This document shows positions 51,719 to 60,445 of a stretch of DNA of 64,000 nucleotides, piece after piece. Each line of letters begins with the position of its first letter. Position 1 is the first letter of the stretch. Source of the DNA: an uncultured candidate division Zixibacteria bacterium. Lineage in GTDB: Bacteria > Zixibacteria > MSB-5A5 > UBA10806. The translations under genes and the position numbers were made by a program. The notes under the pieces are model-generated. The model did no database searches and was not told the origin of the DNA. It saw only the letters and a list, made by a program, of their open reading frames with translations. The stretch lies in assembly GCA_963801605.1 (NCBI GenBank), contig CAWDFP010000006.1, positions 1,408,001-1,472,000 of the forward strand. The letters run 5' to 3'.

Positions 51719-52213
51719 ATGCGCAAATTAGGCTTATTGTTCATCGTTGGGGCTATGCTTCTGATATCCTGTAGCGGCCCCATAAGACGCTCGGATAATT
51801 ACCCCAAACCTTTGCCGGCAAAATCGTCCAAACGTCTTATTAAAGAAGCTACCAGGCATATTGGCGAGCCTTACCGCTACGGCGGATTATCTAAAAAGGG
51901 ATGGGATTGCTCGGGTTTCGTAAGGACTATCTACCAAAAATCACTAAATATCGCTCTTCCCAGAACCGCCAACGAAATGTACCGCTTGGGTTTTCAGATA
52001 CCTTATAATCATGCGCGGCCCGGCGATCTCTTATTCTTCAAAATCGGTCGAAAAAACGTCTCGCATGTTGGTATTTTTATGGGGAACGGCAAGTTTATCC
52101 ATGTGAGTAAAACGGACGGCGTAATTGTTTCCTCGATAACAGATCCTTACTATCGACGGCATTTTCTCGATCTCCGGCGCATACCGGTTGAATTAGTGGC
52201 ACTAAAAAAATAA
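51719..52213 (+). CDS. NlpC/P60 (C40) peptidase lipoprotein
   Basis: GEPYRYGG, DCSGF, PGDLLFF, HVGIF, FIH. Confidence 0.92.
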   Translation: MRKLGLLFIVGAMLLISCSGPIRRSDNYPKPLPAKSSKRLIKEATRHIGEPYRYGGLSKKGWDCSGFVRTIYQKSLNIALPRTANEMYRLGFQIPYNHARPGDLLFFKIGRKNVSHVGIFMGNGKFIHVSKTDGVIVSSITDPYYRRHFLDLRRIPVELVALKK

Positions 52214-52292
52214 ACGCGTTGCCAACTGGTCTTCTTAGGATCTCAGTTAAAACGATATATTTAGATTTACATTCGAATTACAACCGCGCGAA

Positions 52293-53057
52293 TTATTTCT
52301 TAAATTTCAGTAACCAGATATCGCCGAAATAGTCATTTCCCCACAAATACTCTTTTTTCGATCTGACAAAAAGCATCATGCCGTCATCGGATGAGAAAGA
52401 CGTGAGGTAATCTGCTATGTCCTCGTCGTTCTCCGGTCGTTCAATTTTATAAATGTGATTAGTTTTCAAATCAAATATTAAGAGCCAGGTTGGTCCGGAG
52501 TTATAGACGGCGGTCAGATACCGGCCGGTATTTGAAAATCTTTCTACAAAGCAGGGGATATCGCCGTAGGTAAGTTGACGAACTGAATCGCCTTCGCTCA
52601 AATAAATTAAATGAGTTTTCTCTTTGCTTTTAGTTGGTATGGTCTCAAATGCGATTGTAGCGCTGTCGGGCGAACGCACTCCCCAGACTGTCTCCTCGCC
52701 CACAATTTGCGGCAGCTTGGAAACCTCAATCTCCCTTGTTGACGGAAATTTCGGCTTTCCCTCCAAAGTATACAGCTCGCCGTTTTTGATATTTACTCCG
52801 TATGGCTTGATGATATCTTCGGGAAAATATGCAAATGTATCGGCCAGGTCAGTCAGCAGCAGCCGTTGATAATAAACGATAGTGTCCCCGGGATCGAATG
52901 AAGGATAGATGCTCCTGCCATCATCAGTTAGCTTCTTAAGAGTCCCAATTTGCAGAACGTTTTCCGGCAAATTCTTGAATTTGATAGTTTCTTTGGACCT
53001 ATCTGAACCGCAGGCCAAAACGGCAATAATAACAAATGGGAAAAGCGCCTTTCTCAT
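52293..53057 (-). CDS. Lipoprotein with TolB/PD40-like propeller segments
   Basis: Lipobox LAC; LTDDG..IYPSF, SPD..TIAF, RQLT, SFSSD. Confidence 0.6.
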   Translation of the reverse strand: MRKALFPFVIIAVLACGSDRSKETIKFKNLPENVLQIGTLKKLTDDGRSIYPSFDPGDTIVYYQRLLLTDLADTFAYFPEDIIKPYGVNIKNGELYTLEGKPKFPSTREIEVSKLPQIVGEETVWGVRSPDSATIAFETIPTKSKEKTHLIYLSEGDSVRQLTYGDIPCFVERFSNTGRYLTAVYNSGPTWLLIFDLKTNHIYKIERPENDEDIADYLTSFSSDDGMMLFVRSKKEYLWGNDYFGDIWLLKFKK

Positions 53058-53239
53058 GACTGCTGATTATATCCATAATCCTGGCTCTTGTCAAACCCTC
53101 TAACGCTATTCGCTTGATTTTATTTGCGTTATGGCTGGTAAATTCCTATAATCCAAACACTGATGCAGGTAGTTTGGCAGAAACTTATTACCCGGTATTT
53201 TATCCCCAATGGGGAATAATATCTTAATCGGAACGTATA

Positions 53240-53521
53240 ATGGATGGAATGGATAGAAATGACAATGATCAAGGCCGAACCCAGATTCAGAAGATCCATT
53301 CCGGAATACTCGATTGGATCTTTCTGCCTTTGCCATTAGCCTTTGTGGTTATAGGGTTAGGCATCTTAACCGGGCTTATTTTTAAGGAGAATTTTCTATT
53401 ACAGGGAACCATGAAATGGATCATCGGGCTGGCCTTTATCATCTACGGCTCGATTCGCGCGGGAATGATTATCCAAAAGTATCGTCGAAAAAGGAAAGAC
53501 CTATGGATAGAAAAATCTTGA
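53240..53521 (+). CDS. Small two-TM membrane protein
   Basis: Two hydrophobic segments, GLAFIIYG..R; start uncertain. Confidence 0.55.
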   Translation: MDGMDRNDNDQGRTQIQKIHSGILDWIFLPLPLAFVVIGLGILTGLIFKENFLLQGTMKWIIGLAFIIYGSIRAGMIIQKYRRKRKDLWIEKS

Positions 53522-53595
53522 CAACTTATTATGAACTATTATGTTTACAATCTGGTAAATTTTGGGGTCCTTTTATGTTGGGAGGTAAAGTTTTC

Positions 53596-55293
53596 TTGAA
53601 ACCACTAATAATCGCCCTTATCGCTCTGACCATACTCGCCATACCAGCTTTGGCTGGCCCTGGTGACGTCGCCTTAAAACAAGCGCAGGATTTGAAAAGC
53701 AAAGGCGATCTATCCGGTGCTCTGGTCGCGGCCAACTCCGCCTTAGCCCTTGAACCCGCCAATCCCAAAATATCGCTATTTGTGGGTGATATCTATTTCG
53801 CCCAGGCAAAATATGATAGCGCCCTGGTATATTATCAAAAAACACTCGAGAAAAAAGGCAAAGACCCTGACGCTCTTTACGGCGCGGGCATGTCGGCTTT
53901 CAATCTCAAATCGTACGATCCGGCTGTCCAGTATTTTTCCGATGGCCTGAAAACCGGAAAGAATAAACCCAAATTTTTCTACGGTATGGGCCTGGCGCTA
54001 ATGGAAAAAAAGGACTATGCCAATGCCGATATTAATTTCCGTCAGGCGATCGATAAGGATAAGAAAAACCCCGCTTACCATCTGGCGTTAGGCGAGGTTA
54101 ATTATCGCAATAAAACTTATCCGATCGCTATCTCGGAGTTTTCCAAAGCCATCGAGCTTGATTCATCGCTCTACGCCGGCCAGCCGGATATCCATTATAA
54201 ATTGGCGCAATCGCAATTTAATTTGCGAAATGTAACTCAGGCCATTCAGGAATACCAAATCGATGTCCAGCTTCATCCGGCCGATACCACTGCCTGGGTT
54301 GAGCTTTCAAGAATTTATGATGTTTCCGGCAACACCCCGCAAGCGGTTCTCTGTTATGAAAAATACCTGGCGCTCTCGCCTAATAACGGGCAATCATGGT
54401 TTGAACTGGGCAAGCTTTATCTGAAAGCTCAGGATCCGGAAAAAGCCGCTACCGCCTTCGAAAAAGCCGTGGCTCTCAAGGCTAAAGAAGCCGAATCGTA
54501 CGGTTACCTCGGCAAGATTTATTCGGACCGCAAGGAATACGAAAAAGCGTTGGATGCTTATAATCGTTTTGAGGCAGCTCTGGGCGCTCCCGATAGCGTT
54601 GAGTACTGGTTTGAAAAAGGCAAAGTCTTGATGAAAGTGGGCGAGAAAAACGCCGCTTATTTCGATAGCGCGCTGATAGCCTTCGATAAGTGCATTGCCC
54701 TCAATCCCAAGCTTCCGGCTTCCTATGAATATGCCGGTCTGACTCGTTATTATCAGAAAAATTATAGCGCCGCTATCTCGTATTTTGATCAGGAGATCGC
54801 GCTCGATTCCACCAGTATCAATACCTATCGCAACCTGGCATTTTCATATCTGAAAACCGAGCAATACAGTAATGCTGCCAAATCATTTGCCCGGGCCCTC
54901 GAACTTAAGCCCGATGATATCTTAATGCGCTCCATGCTCGGCAGAATTTACAGCTTTAATAAAGATTTTAAAAACTCCGTGGATCAATATGAATATATCC
55001 TGAACCATGAGAATCCCGATCTTAACGATTCGGTCCGCTGCGAGATTTATCCCGAGCTTGGATCAGGTTACCTGCAAATGCAGAACTGCCAAACCGCTTT
55101 GACATATCTGCTTAAGGCCGAACGATGCAAACCGAATGATTTTACGATCCTCATGAATATCGCCGCATCTTATGAACTGTGCGATAAAATTAAAGATGCG
55201 AATACATATTATAAAAAAGCGCTGGTAGTTAATCCATCCAGCAGGGAAGCCAAAAAGGGTGATATGCGGACTACTCTTGTAGGCAAGGGATAA
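53596..55293 (+). CDS. Exported multi-TPR protein
   Basis: GGAGG RBS, TTG start, signal peptide ALA, many TPRs. Confidence 0.88.
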   Translation: MKPLIIALIALTILAIPALAGPGDVALKQAQDLKSKGDLSGALVAANSALALEPANPKISLFVGDIYFAQAKYDSALVYYQKTLEKKGKDPDALYGAGMSAFNLKSYDPAVQYFSDGLKTGKNKPKFFYGMGLALMEKKDYANADINFRQAIDKDKKNPAYHLALGEVNYRNKTYPIAISEFSKAIELDSSLYAGQPDIHYKLAQSQFNLRNVTQAIQEYQIDVQLHPADTTAWVELSRIYDVSGNTPQAVLCYEKYLALSPNNGQSWFELGKLYLKAQDPEKAATAFEKAVALKAKEAESYGYLGKIYSDRKEYEKALDAYNRFEAALGAPDSVEYWFEKGKVLMKVGEKNAAYFDSALIAFDKCIALNPKLPASYEYAGLTRYYQKNYSAAISYFDQEIALDSTSINTYRNLAFSYLKTEQYSNAAKSFARALELKPDDILMRSMLGRIYSFNKDFKNSVDQYEYILNHENPDLNDSVRCEIYPELGSGYLQMQNCQTALTYLLKAERCKPNDFTILMNIAASYELCDKIKDANTYYKKALVVNPSSREAKKGDMRTTLVGKG

Positions 55294-55303
55294 AGGAGCG
55301 TAG

Positions 55304-56005
55304 ATGGGCAATAAAGAATCCAATGGACCTGTTATACCGGAAAACGATGATATCATTAAATACCTTGGCTTTAATGTTCATCCTGGTAAGATCGAGGAAT
55401 TTTGGACTTCGACTGATGAGGAAAAAGAGTTTCGCCAGAGGGTAAAGGCCCGTGGCGGCAAGGTGGATGTATTAAATCGCGAAGCCGCCCTGCTGAACAC
55501 CAAATTAATGTCCAAAGCCGATAAAATTATTTCCTATATCGGTTCGCTGCTTCTTGTCATTGGTCTGGTTTTTCCAATCTATTCATATCAGATCGGCGAA
55601 AAGGTCATTTCCGGATCGTTTTTTTCCTATTTGGCCAATATCGGTACAATTATGGGCGGCGCGTCCGATAGCGGTTTTATCCTGATTTTGGCTTTCCTGG
55701 TTTTCACTCTTTATCTTATCGCCTGCCCGGTAGCAGGCGTAATCAATTTCCTCGGGTTGCTCAACAAGGCCGGGGGTGACGAATACCTCGAAAATGTAAA
55801 GAAAAATTCCCGTATTTTTTTCATTCCCATGGCCCTGTTCGGCCTGATGATTTTATTGCTGCTGGTTGGGTCGCCGATGCCAGGAGACTTATCTTCTCTG
55901 GGAGGTTCGTTCGGATTTGGAGCCATCTTCACGATGACTGGCGCGGGTTTCTGGCTTCTCGTAGCCGGATTGGCGATTGGATTCGCAGAGCGGCGCGGCA
56001 TTTAG
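55304..56005 (+). CDS. Uncharacterised four-TM membrane protein
   Basis: Soluble N-terminus then ~4 TMs; AAGGAG RBS. Confidence 0.75.
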   Translation: MGNKESNGPVIPENDDIIKYLGFNVHPGKIEEFWTSTDEEKEFRQRVKARGGKVDVLNREAALLNTKLMSKADKIISYIGSLLLVIGLVFPIYSYQIGEKVISGSFFSYLANIGTIMGGASDSGFILILAFLVFTLYLIACPVAGVINFLGLLNKAGGDEYLENVKKNSRIFFIPMALFGLMILLLLVGSPMPGDLSSLGGSFGFGAIFTMTGAGFWLLVAGLAIGFAERRGI

Positions 56006-56079
56006 TTTTTTGGTAGATTTGGCATTTGAATATTAGAAGTTTATTTGGTGAATAAATTCTAAATAAGGAGGCATTTAAG

Positions 56080-56838
56080 TTGCGTCAAGTAATTTTCACA
56101 ACAATCCTGATCATAGTGGCATTCGGTGTCGGTATCGGTATTTGGGCCGGTATTTTTAAGACCTCTCCCGATGGCTCTCTGATGCAAACTATGTACAAGG
56201 GCGGGCCGCTGGTCGTAGCCCTGATCGCTTTGCTGGTCATGTTATTCGGATTCATTATCGAGCGCGCCATTACGCTCTATCGCGTAGCAGCCGGCAAATC
56301 GTCTGTTCAGGCGTTCTTCAAAAAAGTCATCAATGCGATTCAATCCAACGATTACGAAGCCGCCATCGCCGCCTGCGACAAGCAGAAAGGCACCGTGGCT
56401 AACATTCTGCGCGCCGGTATCGAACGATACAATGCGATTAAGCAGGACAACACTATGAATCATGAGAAAAAGATCTCCGAGACCCAGCGCGCTATCGAGG
56501 AAGCCAATGCTCTCGAAGTTCCGCTTCTTGAGAGAAATCTGATTGCTCTGTCGACCATCGCTTCAATTGCCACCATGGTGGGACTATTGGGAACCACCAT
56601 CGGTATGATCCGCGCCTTTGCGGCTACCGGCAAAAAGACCGGAGGCGTCATTAACGCCGAGGCGTTGGCGACTGGTATTTCCGAGGCTCTGGTTAACACC
56701 GCTGGCGGTCTGACCAACGCTATTATCGGTATCGTGGCTTACAACTTTTTCGTAAACAAGGTAGATGCCTTCAATTACACTATCGATGAAGCATCTTACG
56801 AGGTGGTTCAACTTCTGAAAGACAAAGAAGGTAAGTAA
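56080..56838 (+). CDS. exbB: MotA/TolQ/ExbB proton channel protein
   Basis: IERA, GLLGTTIGMI.AF, GISEAL.NTA.GL. Confidence 0.93.
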   Translation: MRQVIFTTILIIVAFGVGIGIWAGIFKTSPDGSLMQTMYKGGPLVVALIALLVMLFGFIIERAITLYRVAAGKSSVQAFFKKVINAIQSNDYEAAIAACDKQKGTVANILRAGIERYNAIKQDNTMNHEKKISETQRAIEEANALEVPLLERNLIALSTIASIATMVGLLGTTIGMIRAFAATGKKTGGVINAEALATGISEALVNTAGGLTNAIIGIVAYNFFVNKVDAFNYTIDEASYEVVQLLKDKEGK

Positions 56839-57374
56839 TGTCAAAAAGGGCAAAAAGGAGAATAGGCATTGCCATCGATATGACCCCCATGGTCGATATC
56901 GCTTTCCTCCTTTTGATCTTCTACATGACTACCACCCAGTTCAAACCGCCGGAGAAGCAGCAGGTGACCCTGCCGATGTCGGAATCGCAATATAAAGTCC
57001 CGATTTCGGATATCATCAACATTACCGTCAATAAAGAAGACAGCATTTTCCTGGAATATATTACCAATTACGCAGCCATTAGAGATACCATGATCGATGG
57101 CGTTCTGCATAAAGCCGGTGACACAACTACCATCCGGCAGTATGTGGATGTCGACGCCAGAACTCTCAACCAGGAGTTCATCAGAGTTCAAAGCGAATTC
57201 CTTAGAAACCACGTGAACCCGATGGTTATCGTCAAAGCCGATAAAGAGGCGCGTTACGGTACGATCAAGAAAATCATGGATACTCTCCAGGATATTAATA
57301 TCAACCGCTTTTCTTTAATGACGGAAATCAAACGAGGCGAGGCGCCACCACCGCCTCCAGGCTCGGCGGGATAG
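56838..57374 (+). CDS. exbD: ExbD/TolR family protein
   Basis: IDMTPMVDIAFLLLIFYM, VKAD..A.YG. Confidence 0.93.
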   Translation: MSKRAKRRIGIAIDMTPMVDIAFLLLIFYMTTTQFKPPEKQQVTLPMSESQYKVPISDIINITVNKEDSIFLEYITNYAAIRDTMIDGVLHKAGDTTTIRQYVDVDARTLNQEFIRVQSEFLRNHVNPMVIVKADKEARYGTIKKIMDTLQDININRFSLMTEIKRGEAPPPPPGSAG

Positions 57375-57387
57375 GGGGTAGAATAAT

Positions 57388-57988
57388 ATGGCTGGAGTAG
57401 ATTTAGGCGGAGGAAGGCCGAAAAAGCAAGCCAAGGGCGGAGGACTTAAACGCCCCAAACATCGCATTGGCATCCGCATCGATATGACCCCGATGGTCGA
57501 TATCGCATTTTTACTGTTGATTTTCTATATGGTTACGACCATTTTTTCGGCGCCGCTCTCGATGGAAATTTCGCTTCCTCCCAAGCAGGAAAAGCCTGCT
57601 GAGGGTGTGATCGCGGCCTCGAAGCTCCTTCAAATGTTTGTCGATCAAAATAATACGATTTACTATCAGATCGGCGAAGACATGAAGCAGCCTCTTGTAA
57701 CCGATATGGCTAAGCTTGACAAAATAATCGACGATAAAAACCGGAACGTTTCTAAACTGGTTATGGTTCTAAAGGTCGACCCCAAAGCGTCTTATCAAAT
57801 GATGGTAAATATCATTGATGCTATTCAGGGCACTGAACGAAGCATTAACGCTAATCCGCAACAACTTGCGGCCCTGGGCGTAGAACCAGGTGAGAAGTTT
57901 TCGGTTAGATTCAGCCTTGCAGGATATGAGTGCCTGGGATCAGCATGTCTTGGAGGTTGTAAAAGCCGGAGGGACGGTGGAAGAATGA
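57388..57988 (+). CDS. exbD: Second ExbD/TolR protein; extra base near 57916 makes an apparent fusion to TonB
   Basis: IDMTPMVD; removing one base gives ...RFSLQDMSAWDQHVLEVVKAGGTVEE* with TGA overlapping the tonB ATG. Confidence 0.75.
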
Positions 57989-58704
57989 GTACAAGATCAC
58001 TTCTATTGGATTCCTATGAGCTTAAGGCAACCTATCAGAGGAATATGGCGATCGGCTTCGGCGTTTCCGGCGCCGCTCACGTCGTTGCGATTCTGTTGGT
58101 TATCTTAATCGGCTCGCTTTCGAGCAAGCCGGTGCAAGCTCCGGAAATTGTTATTACCAGCAAGCAGAATCTGATCGCGCCACCTTCGCTTTCGCAGACT
58201 CAGGAGCAGATCAAGCTCGCGGTGCAGGAGCATATGGCCAAACCCAGTATCGTCAATCTCAAACCGGTGCCTGATGAGGAAGCGCCTGAGGAAGCTCAGG
58301 TTTTGAATCAGCAGGAATTGGCCAATCTGGCTCCCGCGACCCCGGTCGCAAACCTCGATGCCAACATCAACGTCGATGTTAACAAGGTTATGGATGAGCT
58401 TATGCCAACACCTGATGAGTTCGTACCCTTCGAGGATGCGCCGGTTCAGATTACTCAGGTACAGCCCAAGTACCCGGAGTTGGCCCAGCGCGCCAATATT
58501 CAGGGAACGGTTTGGGTTAAGGCTCTGGTGGATAAGGAAGGCAAAGTTCGCGATGTCTTGATCGCCAAGGATTCGGGCGCCAACGCCGGATTCGAAGAGG
58601 CTGCTATTGATGCTGCCAAGCAGACGATCTGGAAACCGGCCATTTCCAATGGTCAACCGATCGCTGTGTGGGTGACATACAAAGTCGAATTTAAGCTGAA
58701 ATAA
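57985..58704 (+). CDS. tonB: Energy transducer TonB
   Basis: YELK..YQ.N, TM with S..H, PKYPELA...G.V.V..LVDK.G, KPAISNG; colinear with paralogue at 58917. Confidence 0.85.
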   Translation: MSTRSLLLDSYELKATYQRNMAIGFGVSGAAHVVAILLVILIGSLSSKPVQAPEIVITSKQNLIAPPSLSQTQEQIKLAVQEHMAKPSIVNLKPVPDEEAPEEAQVLNQQELANLAPATPVANLDANINVDVNKVMDELMPTPDEFVPFEDAPVQITQVQPKYPELAQRANIQGTVWVKALVDKEGKVRDVLIAKDSGANAGFEEAAIDAAKQTIWKPAISNGQPIAVWVTYKVEFKLK

Positions 58705-58729
58705 CTTTTGCGAAATATCCTATTTCGAT

Positions 58730-58757
58730 GGGCGTGCCGTATGGTGCGCCCTTTTTT
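58730..58757 (+). terminator. Intrinsic terminator
   Basis: GGGCGTGCC-GTAT-GGTGCGCCC-TTTTTT. Confidence 0.85.
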
Positions 58758-58916
58758 ATTGATTAATGCCATCAAGTCGTACGTCGTTACGACCGTGACT
58801 CGATGGATTAGGACTGAAGGTTGAGTCGCCTGCGACCTGACTATTTTTCAATAAAATGGAATAATTCCCGCCTCCATTCGTATCCGTTGTGAAGATAAAA
58901 CAGATCGGAGGTGGAT

Positions 58917-59636
58917 ATGAACTCAAGATCACTGCTTTGTGGGGCCTACGAACTCAAACGTCCCTATCAGATTAATCTCGCAATCGCTTTTGCCATTTCA
59001 GGATTAATGCACCTGGCATTTGTTGCCGTCATTTTCGTGTTGGCATCTTACCAGCCCGAACTCCCTGGTCCAATAGACCCGCCGAGATACTCCGATGGAA
59101 TCAAAATTCTTCCGCCCGTCGTTAAAAATCCTGAACCGCCAAATCCAGGCTCAACGGATAATACAGGTATTGTCCCCAACATCGATAAATTCATACCAGT
59201 ACCCGATACGGCGATTGCGGAACCGACCGATATTCCCACTCAAAACCAGTTGGCCGCGATGGTACCATCCAATCCTGCTATCGATTTCAGCGACAACCCC
59301 ATTATTAATTCCGGCAAGGTCATCGATTCGCTGCTGGTTCCCCGCGGGACTTTCGTTCCGTTCGATGAACCCCCGGTGGCAATCAGCTCCGTAATGCCGG
59401 ATTACCCCGATCTGGCGCGCCGAACTGGTCTCGAAGGCGTAGTTTGGCTGGAGGTGCTCATTGATAAAGATGGTAGCGTGCGCGATGTGTCGGTCATCAA
59501 ATCCAATAATAAAGATATGGGTTTCGAGGATGCCGCTATGGCCGCCGCCTGGAAATCTGTTTGGAAACCGGCCATCTCCAACGGTCTTCCCATCGCAGTT
59601 CGGGTGACTTATTCGGTTGTCTTTAAGCTGAAATAG
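58917..59636 (+). CDS. tonB: Energy transducer TonB paralogue
   Basis: GAYELKR.YQ, Pro-rich linker, PDYPDLA, KPAISNG. Confidence 0.88.
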   Translation: MNSRSLLCGAYELKRPYQINLAIAFAISGLMHLAFVAVIFVLASYQPELPGPIDPPRYSDGIKILPPVVKNPEPPNPGSTDNTGIVPNIDKFIPVPDTAIAEPTDIPTQNQLAAMVPSNPAIDFSDNPIINSGKVIDSLLVPRGTFVPFDEPPVAISSVMPDYPDLARRTGLEGVVWLEVLIDKDGSVRDVSVIKSNNKDMGFEDAAMAAAWKSVWKPAISNGLPIAVRVTYSVVFKLK

Positions 59637-59657
59637 GAAATTAAAAATAGGTTTAAG

Positions 59658-59684
59658 ACCGGGGACTAATAAAATGTCCCCGGT
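59658..59684. terminator. Bidirectional terminator
   Basis: ACCGGGGAC-TAATAAAAT-GTCCCCGGT between convergent genes. Confidence 0.75.
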
Positions 59685-59696
59685 TTGATTTTATAG

Positions 59697-60254
59697 CTAA
59701 TGCAATTTCCTGTGTAAAATTGTCGGGCTTCCGAATGCTCCCGGATCGTCCTTCGCATCTACCCTGATAAGCCGTTGAAGATCGGCTGTCTGCGCCGTCA
59801 AAATCAGACTATTATCAACGTCCTCATGAGCAATTTTGATATAGCCGCTGTCTATCTTTTCCCGTAACCAGTCGCCATCAAATAGAGACAGGCTTAAGGA
59901 ATCGCCGCTCAACTCTGCCTTTCCAAAAATATGGGCAGGCACAAAATGTAACTGATAAAAATCGTTCTTAAATTCATCGACTGGATACGTATCCACATAA
60001 AGGATCTTATCGAGTTGCAGGAGATACGCCTCGAAACGCTTTGTATCGCCTTTCGTAGTTTGGCTCAGGTTATATGATACGCTGTCGCTGGCCAGGCTAA
60101 ACTCCCAGATCTCGGTGTTGTCATCATTAATCCAGGTGCCAATCAACCCAGGTTTTTGAATGAGATCTGAATCATTATATAACGGGTACAACGACGGTAC
60201 GCATCCCAGAGCCAGTAAAATCAATACCGATGCTATCTTCAAAATATCGCGCAT
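59697..60254 (-). CDS. Hypothetical lipoprotein
   Basis: Lipobox ALGC, VPSLYPLY, LIGTW; AAGGAGG RBS. Confidence 0.8.
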   Translation of the reverse strand: MRDILKIASVLILLALGCVPSLYPLYNDSDLIQKPGLIGTWINDDNTEIWEFSLASDSVSYNLSQTTKGDTKRFEAYLLQLDKILYVDTYPVDEFKNDFYQLHFVPAHIFGKAELSGDSLSLSLFDGDWLREKIDSGYIKIAHEDVDNSLILTAQTADLQRLIRVDAKDDPGAFGSPTILHRKLH

Positions 60255-60445
60255 TGTAACCTCCTTGTGAGGAATTCTCTTAACGGAAATAAGTAAATTA
60301 TCGCGATGAATATCAAGTCATATTTAAATAATAATGATATTTCGCCTTGTATAATTAATGCGGCTCAATGCAATTGGGATTGGTCGAAAATAAAACCGGG
60401 GCTGACTTGAGCCCCGGTTGGAAAGCAAATTATTTGGCTTTATCA

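Noticed and set aside
57388..58704. Apparent novel ExbD-TonB fusion (438 aa)
   Set aside because: Removing one base near 57916 restores a normal ExbD stop overlapping the TonB ATG, and the TonB paralogue starts at the equivalent position
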